NCBI GenBank assembly: GCA_964057225.1
Contig: OZ059900.1
Span: 8,928,001-8,992,000 of the forward strand
DNA from: Auanema rhodensis
Lineage: Eukaryota > Animalia > Nematoda
DNA length: 64,000 nucleotides
Reading direction: 5' to 3'
Positions 1-13,400 of the stretch are shown here, piece by piece (positions within the stretch are counted from its first letter, which is position 1; each line of letters starts with the position of its first letter). Made by a program: the position numbers and the translations under genes. A model generated the notes under the pieces. It was not told the DNA's origin and did no database searches. It worked only from the letters and a program-made list of their open reading frames with translations.

Positions 1-1960
1 TTTGATATTCGTGCAAAATACACCTATATGAACATTCTATGACAGTATTTCATATATTTAGTCGTTTTAGAAGAAAAAAATATGCTTAAGATCAAAAGTT
101 TGAGTGATTTTGCCAACATGCCCTTCAAACCCCAAAAAACCAATAATTCTTGATATTTTCGGTCCTTTTTGACCAAAGTGGTTGAAATTGAACATATATA
201 TGTAAAAATAGTCAAAGATTATGAATCCTGAATTTCAAATCCATATCTCAAAGGGTCTGATCAAAACATACAGTTTTCACATGTTTTGTACCCAAAATCG
301 TTGAATATATTGCGTTTTGAGCATAAAAAGGCCCATATTTCAATCAGTTTTGATATTCGTGCAAAATACACCTATATGAACATTTTATGACAGTATTTCA
401 TATATTTAGTCGTTTTAGAAAAAAAAAATATGCTTAAGATCAAAAGTTTGACTGATTTTGCCAAAATGCCCTTCAAACCCCAAAAAACCAATAATTCTTG
501 ATATTTTCGGTCCTTTTTGACCAAAGTGGTTAAAATTGAACATATATATGTTAAAATAGTCAAAGTTCATAAATCCTGAACTTCAAATCCATATCTCAAA
601 GGGTCTGATCAAAACATACAGTTTTCACATGTTTTGTACCCAGAATCGTTGAATATATGGCGTTTTCAGCATAAAAAGGCCCATATTTCAATCAGTTTTG
701 ATATTCGTGCAAAATACACCTATATGAACATTTTATGACAGTATTTCATACTATTAGTCGTTTTAGAAGAAAAAAATATGCTTAAGATCAAAAGTTTGAC
801 TGATTTTGCCAAAATGCCCTTCAAACCTCAAAAAACCAATAATTCTTGATATTTTCGGTCCTTTTTGACCAAAGTAGTTAAAATTGAACATATAGATGTG
901 AAAATAGTCAAAGTTTATGAATCCTAAATTTCAGATCCATATCTCAAAGGGTCTGATCAAAACATACAGTTTTCACATGTTTTGTACCCAAAATCGTTGA
1001 ATATATACCGTTTTGAGCATAAAAAGGCCCATATTTCAATCAGTTTTGATATTCGTGCAAAATACACCTATATGAACATTCTATGACAGTATTTCATAAA
1101 TTTAGTCGTTTTAGAAGAAAAAAATATGCTTAAGATCAAAAGTTTGAGTGATTTTGCCAAAATGCCCTTCAAACCCCAAAAAACCAATAATTCTCGATAT
1201 TTTCGGTCCTTTTTGACCAAAGTGGTTAAAATTGAACATATATATGTAAAAATAGTCAAAGTTCATAAATCCTGAATTTCAAATCCATATCTCAAAGGGT
1301 CTGATCAAAACATACAGTTTTCATATGTTTTGTACCCAAAATCGTTGAATATATGGCGTTTTGAGCATAAAAAGGCCCATATTTCAATCAGTTTTGATAG
1401 TCGTGCAAAATACACCTATATGAACATTCTATGACAGTATTTCATATATTTAGTCGTTTTAGAAAAAAAAAATATGCTTAAGATCAAAAGTTTGAGTGAT
1501 TTTGCCAAAATGCCCTTCAAACCCCAAAAAACCAATAATTCTCGATATTTTCGGTCCTTTTTGACCAAAGTGGTTAAAATTGAACATATATATGTAAAAA
1601 TAGTCAAAGTTTATAAATCCTGATTTTCAAATCCATATCTCAAAGGGTCTGATCAACACATACAGTTTTCACATGTTTTGTACCCAAAATCGTTGAATAT
1701 ATGGCGTTTTCAGCATAAAAAGGCCCATATTTCAATCAGTTTTGATATTCGTGCAAAATACACCTATATGAACATTCTATGACAGTATTTCATAAATTTA
1801 GTCGTTTTAGAAGAAAAAAATATGCTTAAGATCAAAAGTTTGAGTGATTTTGCCAAAATGCCCTTCAAACCCCAAAAAACCAATAATTCTCGATATTTTC
1901 GGTCCTTTTTGACCAAAGTGGTTAAAATTGAACATATATATGTAAAAATAGTCAAAGTTC

Positions 1961-4183
1961 ATAAATCCTGAATTTCAAATCCATATCTCAAAGGGTCTGA
2001 TCAAAACATACAGTTTTCATATGTTTTGTACCCAAAATCGTTGAATATATGGCGTTTTGAGCATAAAAAGGCCCATATTTCAATCAGTTTTGATATTCGT
2101 GCAAAATACACCTATATGAACATTCTATGACAGTATTTCATAAATTTAGTCGTTTTAGAAGAAAAAAATATGCTTAAGATCAAAAGTTTGAGTGATTTTG
2201 CCAAAATGCCCTTCAAACCCCAAAAAACCAATAATTCTTGATATTTTCGGTCCTTTTTGACCAAAGTGGTTAAAATTGAACATATATATGTTAAAATAGT
2301 CAAAGTTTATAAATCCTGAATTTCAAATCCATATCTCAAAGGGTCTGATCAAAACATACAGTTTTCATATGTTTTGTACCCAAAATCGTTGAATATATGG
2401 CGTTTTGAGCATAAAAAGGCCCATATTTCAATCAGTTTTGATAGTCGTGCAAAATACACCTATATGAACATTCTATGACAGTATTTCATATATTTAGTCG
2501 TTTTAGAAAAAAAAAATATGCTTAAGATCAAAAGTTTGAGTGATTTTGCCAAAATGCCCTTCAAACCTCAAAAAACCAATAATTCTTGATATTTTCGGTC
2601 CTTTTTGACCAAAGTAGTTGAAATTGAACATATAGATGTGAAAATAGTCAAAGTTTATGAATCCTAAATTTCAGATCCATATCTCAAAGGGTCTGATCAA
2701 AACATACAGTTTTCACATGTTTTGTACCCAAAATCGTTGAATATATGGCGTTTTGAGCATAAAAAGGCCCATATTTCAATCAGTTTTGATATTCGTGCAA
2801 AATACACCTATATGAACATTCTATGACAGTATTTCATAAATTTAGTCGTTTTAGAAGAAAAAAATATGCTTAAGATCAAAAGTTTGAGTGATTTTGCCAA
2901 AATGCCCTTCAAACCCCAAAAAACCAATAATTCTTGATATTTTCGGTCCTTTTTGACCAAAGTGGTTAAAATTGAACATATATATGTTAAAATAGTCAAA
3001 GTTTATAAATCCTGAATTTCAAATCCATATCTCAAAGGGTCTGATCAAAACATACAGTTTTCATATGTTTTGTACCCAAAATCGTTGAATATATGGCGTT
3101 TTGAGCATAAAAAGGCCCATATTTCAATCAGTTTTGATATTCGTGCAAAATACACCTATATGAACATTCTATGACAGTATTTCATAAATTTAGTCGTTTT
3201 AGAAGAAAAAAATATGCTTAAGATCAAAAGTTTGAGTGATTTTGCCAAAATGCCCTTCAAACCCCAAAAAACCAATAATTCTTGATATTTTCGGTCCTTT
3301 TTGACCAAAGTGGTTAAAATTGAACATATATATGTTAAAATAGTCAAAGTTTATAAATCCTGAATTTCAAATCCATATCTCAAAGGGTCTGATCAAAACA
3401 TACAGTTTTCATATGTTTTGTACCCAAAATCGTTGAATATATGGCGTTTTGAGCATAAAAAGGCCCATATTTCAATCAGTTTTGATAGTCGTGCAAAATA
3501 CACCTATATGAACATTCTATGACAGTATTTCATATATTTAGTCGTTTTAGAAAAAAAAAATATGCTTAAGATCAAAAGTTTGAGTGATTTTGCCAAAATG
3601 CCCTTCAAACCTCAAAAAACCAATAATTCTTGATATTTTCGGTCCTTTTTGACCAAAGTAGTTGAAATTGAACATATAGATGTGAAAATAGTCAAAGTTT
3701 ATGAATCCTAAATTTCAGATCCATATCTCAAAGGGTCTGATCAAAACATACAGTTTTCACATGTTTTGTACCCAAAATCGTTGAATATATGGCGTTTTGA
3801 GCATAAAAAGGCCCATATTTCAATCAGTTTTGATATTCGTGCAAAATACACCTATATGAACATTCTATGACAGTATTTCATAAATTTAGTCGTTTTAGAA
3901 GAAAAAAATATGCTTAAGATCAAAAGTTTGAGTGATTTTGCCAAAATGCCCTTCAAACCCCAAAAAACCAATAATTCTTGATATTTTCGGTCCTTTTTGA
4001 CCAAAGTGGTTAAAATTGAACATATATATGTTAAAATAGTCAAAGTTTATAAATCCTGAATTTCAAATCCATATCTCAAAGGGTCTGATCAAAACATACA
4101 GTTTTCATATGTTTTGTACCCAAAATCGTTGAATATATGGCGTTTTGAGCATAAAAAGGCCCATATTTCAATCAGTTTTGATA
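1961..4183 (+). repeat. Tandem duplication of a 3-monomer block (period 1044 bp)
   Basis: Monomer types at 2112/2460/2808 repeat at 3156/3504/3852; identity breaks at the GATATT/GATAGT site near 3140/4184. Confidence 0.8.
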
Positions 4184-7100
4184 GTCGTGCAAAATACACC
4201 TATATGAACATTCTATGACAGTATTTCATATATTTAGTCGTTTTAGAAAAAAAAAATATGCTTAAGATCAAAAGTTTGAGTGATTTTGCCAACATGCCCT
4301 TCAAACCCCAAAAAACCAATAATTCTTGATATTTTCGGTCCTTTTTGACCAAAGTGGTTGAAATTGAACATATATATGTAAAAATAGTCAAAGATTATGA
4401 ATCCTGAATTTCAAATCCATATCTCAAAGGGTCTGATCAAAACATACAGTTTTCACATGTTTTGTACCCAAAATCGTTGAATATATGGCGTTTTGAGCAT
4501 AAAAAGGCCCATATTTCAATCAGTTTTGATATTCGTGCAAAATACACCTATATGAACATTCTATGACATTATTTCATACTATTAGTCGTTTTAGAAGAAA
4601 AAAATATGCTTAAGATCAAAAGTTTGACTGATTTTGCCAAAATGCCCTTCAAACCTCAAAAAACCAATAATTCTTGATATTTTCGGTCCTTTTTGACCAA
4701 AGTAGTTGAAATTGAACATATAGATGTGAAAATAGTCAAAGTTTATGAATCCTAAATTTCAGATCCATATCTCAAAGGGTCTGATCAAAACATACAGTTT
4801 TCACATGTTTTGTACCCAAAATCGTTGAATATATGGCGTTTTGAGCATAAAAAGGCCCATATTTCAATCAGTTTTGATATTCGTGCAAAATACACCTATA
4901 TGAACATTCTATGACATTATTTCATACTATTAGTCGTTTTAGAAGAAAAAAATATGCTTAAGATCAAAAGTTTGACTGATTTTGCCAAAATGCCCTTCAA
5001 ACCTCAAAAAACCAATAATTCTTGATATTTTCGGTCCTTTTTGACCAAAGTAGTTGAAATTGAACATATAGATGTGAAAATAGTCAAAGTTTATGAATCC
5101 TAAATTTCAGATCCATATCTCAAAGGGTCTGATCAAAACATACAGTTTTCACATGTTTTGTACCCAAAATCGTTGAATATATGGCGTTTTGAGCATGAAA
5201 AGGCCCATATTTCAATCAGTTTTGATATTCGTGCAAAATACACCTATATGAACATTCTATGACAGTATTTCATAAATTTAGTCGTTTTAGAAGAAAAAAA
5301 TATGCTTAAGATCAAAAGTTTGAGTGATTTTGCCAAAATGCCCTTCAAACCCCAAAAAACCAATAATTCTTGATATTTTCGGTCCTTTTTGACCAAAGTG
5401 GTTAAAATTGAACATATATATGTTAAAATAGTCAAAGTTTATAAATCCTGAATTTCAAATCCATATCTCAAAGGGTCTGATCAAAACATACAGTTTTCAT
5501 ATGTTTTGTACCCAAAATCGTTGAATATATGGCGTTTTGAGCATAAAAAGGCCCATATTTCAATCAGTTTTGATAGTCGTGCAAAATATACCTATATGAA
5601 CATTCTATGACAGTATTTCATATATTTAGTCGTTTTAGAAAAAAAAATATGCTTAAGATCAAAAGTTTGAGTGATTTTGCCAAAATGCCCTTCAAACCCC
5701 AAAAAACCAATAATTCTCGATATTTTCGGTCCTTTTTGACCAAAGTGGTTAAAATTGAACATATATATGTAAAAATAGTCAAAGTTCATAAATCCTGATT
5801 TTCAAATCCATATCTCAAAGGGTCTGATCAACACATACAGTTTTCACATGTTTTGTACCCAAAATCGTTGAATATATGGCGTTTTCAGCATAAAAAGGCC
5901 CATATTTCAATCAGTTTTGATATTCGTGCAAAATACACCTATATGAACATATTATGACAGTATTTCATACATTTAGTCGTTTTAGAAAAAAAAAATATGC
6001 TTAAGATCAAAAGTTTGAGTGATTTTGCCAACATGCCCTTCAAACCCCAAAAAACCAATAATTCTTGATATTTTCGGTCCTTTTTGACCAAAGTGGTTAA
6101 AATTGAACATATATATGTTGAAATAGTCAAAGTTTATAAATCCTGAATTTCAAATCCATATCTCAAAGGGTCTGATCAAAACATACAGTTTTCACATGTT
6201 TTGTACCCAAAATCGTTGAATATATGGCGTTTTGAGCATAAAAAGGCCCATATTTCAATCAGTTTTGATATTCGTGCAAAATACACCTATATGAACATTC
6301 TATGACAGTATTTCATATATTTAGTCGTTTTAGAAAAAAAAATATGCTTAAGATCAAAAGTTTGAGTGATTTTGCCAACATGCCCTTCAAACCCCAAAAA
6401 ACCAATAATTCTTGATATTTTCGGTCCTTTTTGACCAAAGTAGTTAAAATTGAACATATAGATGTGAAAATAGTCAAAGTTTATGAATCCTAAATTTCAG
6501 ATCCATATCTCAAAGATTCTAATCAACACATACAGTTTTCACATGTTTTGTACCCAAAATCGTTGAATATATGGCGTTTTGAGCATAAAAAGGCCCATAT
6601 TTCAATCAGTTTTGATATTCGTGCAAAATACACCTATATGAACATTCTATGACAGTATTTCATATATTTAGTCGTTTTAGAAGAAAAAAATATGCTTAAG
6701 ATCAAAAGTTTGAGTGATTTTGCCAAAATGCCCTTCAAACCCCAAAAAACCAATAATTCTTGATATTTTCGGTCCTTTTTGACCAAAGTGGTTAAAATTG
6801 AACATATATATGTTAAAATAGTCAAAGTTTATAAATCCTGAACTTCAAATCCATATCTCAAAGATTCTAATCAACACATACAGTTTTCACATGTTTTGTA
6901 CCCAAAATCGTTGAATATATGGCGTTTTGAGCATAAAAAGGCCCATATTTCAATCAGTTTTGATATTCGTGCAAAATACACCTATATGAACATTCTATGA
7001 CAGTATTTCATATATTTAGTCGTTTTAGAAGAAAAAAATATGCTTAAGATCAAAAGTTTGAGTGATTTTGCCAACATGCCCTTCAAACCCCAAAAAACCA

Positions 7101-7410
7101 ATAATTCTTGATATTTTCGGTCCTTTTTGACCAAAGTGGTTGAAATTGAACATATATATGTAAAAATAGTCAAAGATTATGAATCCTGAATTTCAAATCC
7201 ATATCTCAAAGGGTCTGATCAAAACATACAGTTTTCACATGTTTTGTACCCAAAATCGTTGAATATATTGCGTTTTGAGCATAAAAAGGCCCATATTTCA
7301 ATCAGTTTTGATATTCGTGCAAAATACACCTATATGAACATTTTATGACAGTATTTCATATATTTAGTCGTTTTAGAAAAAAAAAATATGCTTAAGATCA
7401 AAAGTTTGAC

Positions 7411-10400
7411 TGATTTTGCCAAAATGCCCTTCAAACCCCAAAAAACCAATAATTCTTGATATTTTCGGTCCTTTTTGACCAAAGTGGTTAAAATTGAACA
7501 TATATATGTTAAAATAGTCAAAGTTCATAAATCCTGAACTTCAAATCCATATCTCAAAGGGTCTGATCAAAACATACAGTTTTCACATGTTTTGTACCCA
7601 GAATCGTTGAATATATGGCGTTTTCAGCATAAAAAGGCCCATATTTCAATCAGTTTTGATATTCGTGCAAAATACACCTATATGAACATTTTATGACAGT
7701 ATTTCATACTATTAGTCGTTTTAGAAAAAAAAAATATGCTTAAGATCAAAAGTTTGACTGATTTTGCCAAAATGCCCTTCAAACCTCAAAAAACCAATAA
7801 TTCTTGATATTTTCGGTCCTTTTTGACCAAAGTAGTTAAAATTGAACATATAGATGTGAAAATAGTCAAAGTTTATGAATCCTAAATTTCAGATCCATAT
7901 CTCAAAGGGTCTGATCAAAACATACAGTTTTCACATGTTTTGTACCCAAAATCGTTGAATATATACCGTTTTGAGCATAAAAAGGCCCATATTTCAATCA
8001 GTTTTGATATTCGTGCAAAATACACCTATATGAACATTCTATGACAGTATTTCATAAATTTAGTCGTTTTAGAAGAAAAAAATATGCTTAAGATCAAAAG
8101 TTTGAGTGATTTTGCCAAAATGCCCTTCAAACCCCAAAAAACCAATAATTCTCGATATTTTCGGTCCTTTTTGACCAAAGTGGTTAAAATTGAACATATA
8201 TATGTAAAAATAGTCAAAGTTCATAAATCCTGAATTTCAAATCCATATCTCAAAGGGTCTGATCAAAACATACAGTTTTCATATGTTTTGTACCCAAAAT
8301 CGTTGAATATATGGCGTTTTGAGCATAAAAAGGCCCATATTTCAATCAGTTTTGATAGTCGTGCAAAATACACCTATATGAACATTCTATGACAGTATTT
8401 CATATATTTAGTCGTTTTAGAAAAAAAAAATATGCTTAAGATCAAAAGTTTGAGTGATTTGGCCAAAATGCCCTTCAAACCCCAAAAAACCAATAATTCT
8501 CGATATTTTCGGTCCTTTTTGACCAAAGTGGTTAAAATTGAACATATATATGTAAAAATAGTCAAAGTTCATAAATCCTGATTTTCAAATCCATATCTCA
8601 AAGGGTCTGATCAACACATACAGTTTTCACATGTTTTGTACCCAAAATCGTTGAATATATGGCGTTTTCAGCATAAAAAGGCCCATATTTCAATCAGTTT
8701 TGATATTCGTGCAAAATACACCTATATGAACATTTTATGACAGTATTTCATATATTTAGTCGTTTTAGAAAAAAAAAATATGCTTAAGATCAAAAGTTTG
8801 AGTGATTTTGCCAACATGCCCTTCAAACCCCAAAAAACCAATAATTCTTGATATTTTCGGTCCTTTTTGACCAAAGTGGTTGAAATTGAACATATATATG
8901 TAAAAATAGTCAAAGATTATGAATCCTGAATTTCAAATCCATATCTCAAAGGGTCTGATCAAAACATACAGTTTTCACATGTTTTGTACCCAAAATCGTT
9001 GAATATATGGCGTTTTGAGCATAAAAAGGCCCATATTTCAATCAGTTTTGATATTCGTGCAAAATACACCTATATGAACATTTTATGACAGTATTTCATA
9101 CATTTAGTCGTTTTAGAAAAAAAAAATATGCTTAAGATCAAAAGTTTGAGTGATTTTGCCAAAATGCCCTTCAAACCCCAAAAAACCAATAATTCTTGAT
9201 ATTTTCGGTCCTTTTTGACCAAAGTAGTTAAAATTGAACATATAGATGTGAAAATAGTCAAAGTTTATGAATCCTAAATTTCAGATCCATATCTCAAAGA
9301 TTCTAATCAACACATACAGTTTTCACATGTTTTGTACCCAAAATCGTTGAATATATGGCGTTTTGAGCATAAAAAGGCCCATATTTCAATCAGTTTTGAT
9401 ATTCGTGCAAAATACATCTATATGAACATTCTATGACAGTATTTCATATATTTAGTCGTTTTAGAAGAAAAAAATATGCTTAAGATCAAAAGTTTGAGTG
9501 ATTTTGCCAAAATGCCCTTCAAACCCCAAAAAACCAATAATTCTTGATATTTTCGGTCCTTTTTGACCAAAGTGGTTAAAATTGAACATATATATGTTAA
9601 AATAGTCAAAGTTTATAAATCCTGAACTTCAAATCCATATCTCAAAGATTCTAATCAACACATACAGTTTTCACATGTTTTGTACCCAAAATCGTTGAAT
9701 ATATGGCGTTTTGAGCATAAAAAGGCCCATATTTCAATCAGTTTTGATATTCGTGCAAAATACACCTATATGAACATTCTATGACAGTATTTCATATATT
9801 TAGTCGTTTTAGAAGAAAAAAATATGCTTAAGATCAAAAGTTTGAGTGATTTTGCCAAAATGCCCTTCAAACCCCAAAAAACCAATAATTCTTGATATTT
9901 TCGGTCCTTTTTGACCAAAGTGGTTAAAATTGAACATATATATGTTAAAATAGTCAAAGTTTATAAATCCTGAACTTCAAATCCATATCTCAAAGGGTCT
10001 GATCAAAACATACAGTTTTCACATGTTTTGTACCCAGAATCGTTGAATATATGGCGTTTTCAGCATAAAAAGGCCCATATTTCAATCAGTTTTGATATTC
10101 GTGCAAAATACACCTATATGAACATTTTATGACAGTATTTCATACTATTAGTCGTTTTAGAAGAAAAAAATATGCTTAAGATCAAAAGTTTGAGTGATTT
10201 TGCCAAAATGCCCTTCAAACCCCAAAAAACCAATAATTCTTGATATTTTCGGTCCTTTTTGACCAAAGTGGTTAAAATTGAACATATATATGTTAAAATA
10301 GTCAAAGTTTATAAATCCTGAACTTCAAATCCATATCTCAAAGGGTCTGATCAAAACATACAGTTTTCACATGTTTTGTACCCAGAATCGTTGAATATAT

Positions 10401-13400
10401 GGCGTTTTCAGCATAAAAAGGCCCATATTTCAATCAGTTTTGATATTCGTGTAAAATACACCTATATGAACATTTTATGACAGTATTTCATACTATTAGT
10501 CGTTTTAGAAGAAAAAAATATGCTTAAGATCAAAAGTTTGACTGATTTTGCCAAAATGCCCTTCAAACATCAAAAAACCAATAATTCTTGATATTTTCGG
10601 TCCTTTTTGACCAAAGTAGTTAAAATTGAACATATAGATGTGAAAATAGTCAAAGTTTATGAATCCTAAATTTCAGATCCATATATCAAAGGGTCTGATC
10701 AAAACATACAGTTTTCACATGTTTTGTACCCAAAATCGTTGAATATATGGCGTTTTGAGCATAAAAAGGCCCATATTTCAATCAGTTTTGATATTCGTGC
10801 AAAATACACCTATATGAACATTCTATGACAGTATTTCATAAATTTAGTCGTTTTAGAAGAAAAAAATATGCTTAAGATCAAAAGTTTGAGTGATTTTGCC
10901 AAAATGCCCTTCAAACCCCAAAAAACCAATAATTCTTGATGTTTTCGGTCCTTTTTGACCAAAGTGGTTAAAATTGAACATATATATGTTGAAATAGTCA
11001 AAGTTTATAAATCCTGAATTTCAAATCCATATCTCAAAGGGTCTGATCAAAACATACAGTTTTCATATGTTTTGTACCCAAAATCGTTGAATATATGGCG
11101 TTTTGAGCATAAAAAGGCCCATATTTCAATCAGTTTTGATAGTCGTGCAAAATACACCTATATGAACATTCTATGACAGTATTTCATATATTTAGTCGTT
11201 TTAGAAAAAAAAAATATGCTTAAGATCAAAAGTTTGAGTGATTTTGCCAAAATGCCCTTCAAACCACAAAAAACCAATAATTCTCGATATTTTCGGTCCT
11301 TTTTGACCAAAGTGGTTAAAATTGAACATATATATGTAAAAATAGTCAAAGTTCATAAATCCTGATTTTCAAATCCATATCTCAAAGGGTCTGATCAACA
11401 CATACAGTTTTCACATGTTTTGTACCCAAAATCGTTGAATATATGGCGTTTTCAGCATAAAAAGGCCCATATTTCAATCAGTTTTGATATTCGTGCAAAA
11501 TACACCTATATGAACATTTTATGACAGTATTTCATATATTTAGTCGTTTTAGAAAAAAAAAATATGCTTAAGATCAAAAGTTTGAGTGATTTTGCCAAAA
11601 TGCCCTTCAAACCCCAAAAAACCAATAATTCTTGATATTTTCGGTCCTTTTTGACCAAAGTGGTTAAAATTGAACATATATATGTTAAAATAGTCAAAGT
11701 TCATAAATCCTGAACTTCAAATCCATATCTCAAAGGGTCTGATCAAAACATACAGTTTTCACATGTTTTGTACCCAGAATCGTTGAATATATGGCGTTTT
11801 CAGCATAAAAAGGCCCATATTTCAATCAGTTTTGATATTCGTGCAAAATACACCTATATGAACATTTTATGACAGTATTTCATACTATTAGTCGTTTTAG
11901 AAAAAAAAAATATGCTTAAGATCAAAAGTTTGACTGATTTTGCCAAAATGCCCTTCAAACCTCAAAAAACCAATAATTCTTGATATTTTCGGTCCTTTTT
12001 GACCAAAGTAGTTAAAATTGAACATATAGATGTGAAAATAGTCAAAGTTTATGAATCCTAAATTTCAGATCCATATCTCAAAGGGTCTGATCAAAACATA
12101 CAGTTTTCACATGTTTTGTACCCAAAATCGTTGAATATATACCGTTTTGAGCATAAAAAGGCCCATATTTCAATCAGTTTTGATATTCGTGCAAAATACA
12201 CCTATATGAACATTCTATGACAGTATTTCATAAATTTAGTCGTTTTAGAAGAAAAAAATATGCTTAAGATCAAAAGTTTGAGTGATTTTGCCAAAATGCC
12301 CTTCAAACCCCAAAAAACCAATAATTCTCGATATTTTCGGTCCTTTTTGACCAAAGTGGTTAAAATTGAACATATATATGTAAAAATAGTCAAAGTTCAT
12401 AAATCCTGAATTTCAAATCCATATCTCAAAGGGTCTGATCAAAACATACAGTTTTCATATGTTTTGTACCCAAAATCGTTGAATATATGGCGTTTTGAGC
12501 ATAAAAAGGCCCATATTTCAATCAGTTTTGATAGTCGTGCAAAATACACCTATATGAACATTCTATGACAGTATTTCATATATTTAGTCGTTTTAGAAAA
12601 AAAAAATATGCTTAAGATCAAAAGTTTGAGTGATTTGGCCAAAATGCCCTTCAAACCCCAAAAAACCAATAATTCTCGATATTTTCGGTCCTTTTTGACC
12701 AAAGTGGTTAAAATTGAACATATATATGTAAAAATAGTCAAAGTTCATAAATCCTGATTTTCAAATCCATATCTCAAAGGGTCTGATCAACACATACAGT
12801 TTTCACATGTTTTGTACCCAAAATCGTTGAATATATGGCGTTTTCAGCATAAAAAGGCCCATATTTCAATCAGTTTTGATATTCGTGCAAAATACACCTA
12901 TATGAACATTTTATGACAGTATTTCATATATTTAGTCGTTTTAGAAAAAAAAAATATGCTTAAGATCAAAAGTTTGAGTGATTTTGCCAACATGCCCTTC
13001 AAACCCCAAAAAACCAATAATTCTTGATATTTTCGGTCCTTTTTGACCAAAGTGGTTGAAATTGAACATATATATGTAAAAATAGTCAAAGATTATGAAT
13101 CCTGAATTTCAAATCCATATCTCAAAGGGTCTGATCAAAACATACAGTTTTCACATGTTTTGTACCCAAAATCGTTGAATATATGGCGTTTTGAGCATAA
13201 AAAGGCCCATATTTCAATCAGTTTTGATATTCGTGCAAAATACACCTATATGAACATTTTATGACAGTATTTCATACATTTAGTCGTTTTAGAAAAAAAA
13301 AATATGCTTAAGATCAAAAGTTTGAGTGATTTTGCCAAAATGCCCTTCAAACCCCAAAAAACCAATAATTCTTGATATTTTCGGTCCTTTTTGACCAAAG

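Noticed and set aside
94-106. AAGTTTGAG resembling the 3' end of nematode SL1 leader
   Set aside because: Only 9 nt match; GGTTTAATTACCC and the following GT donor are absent.
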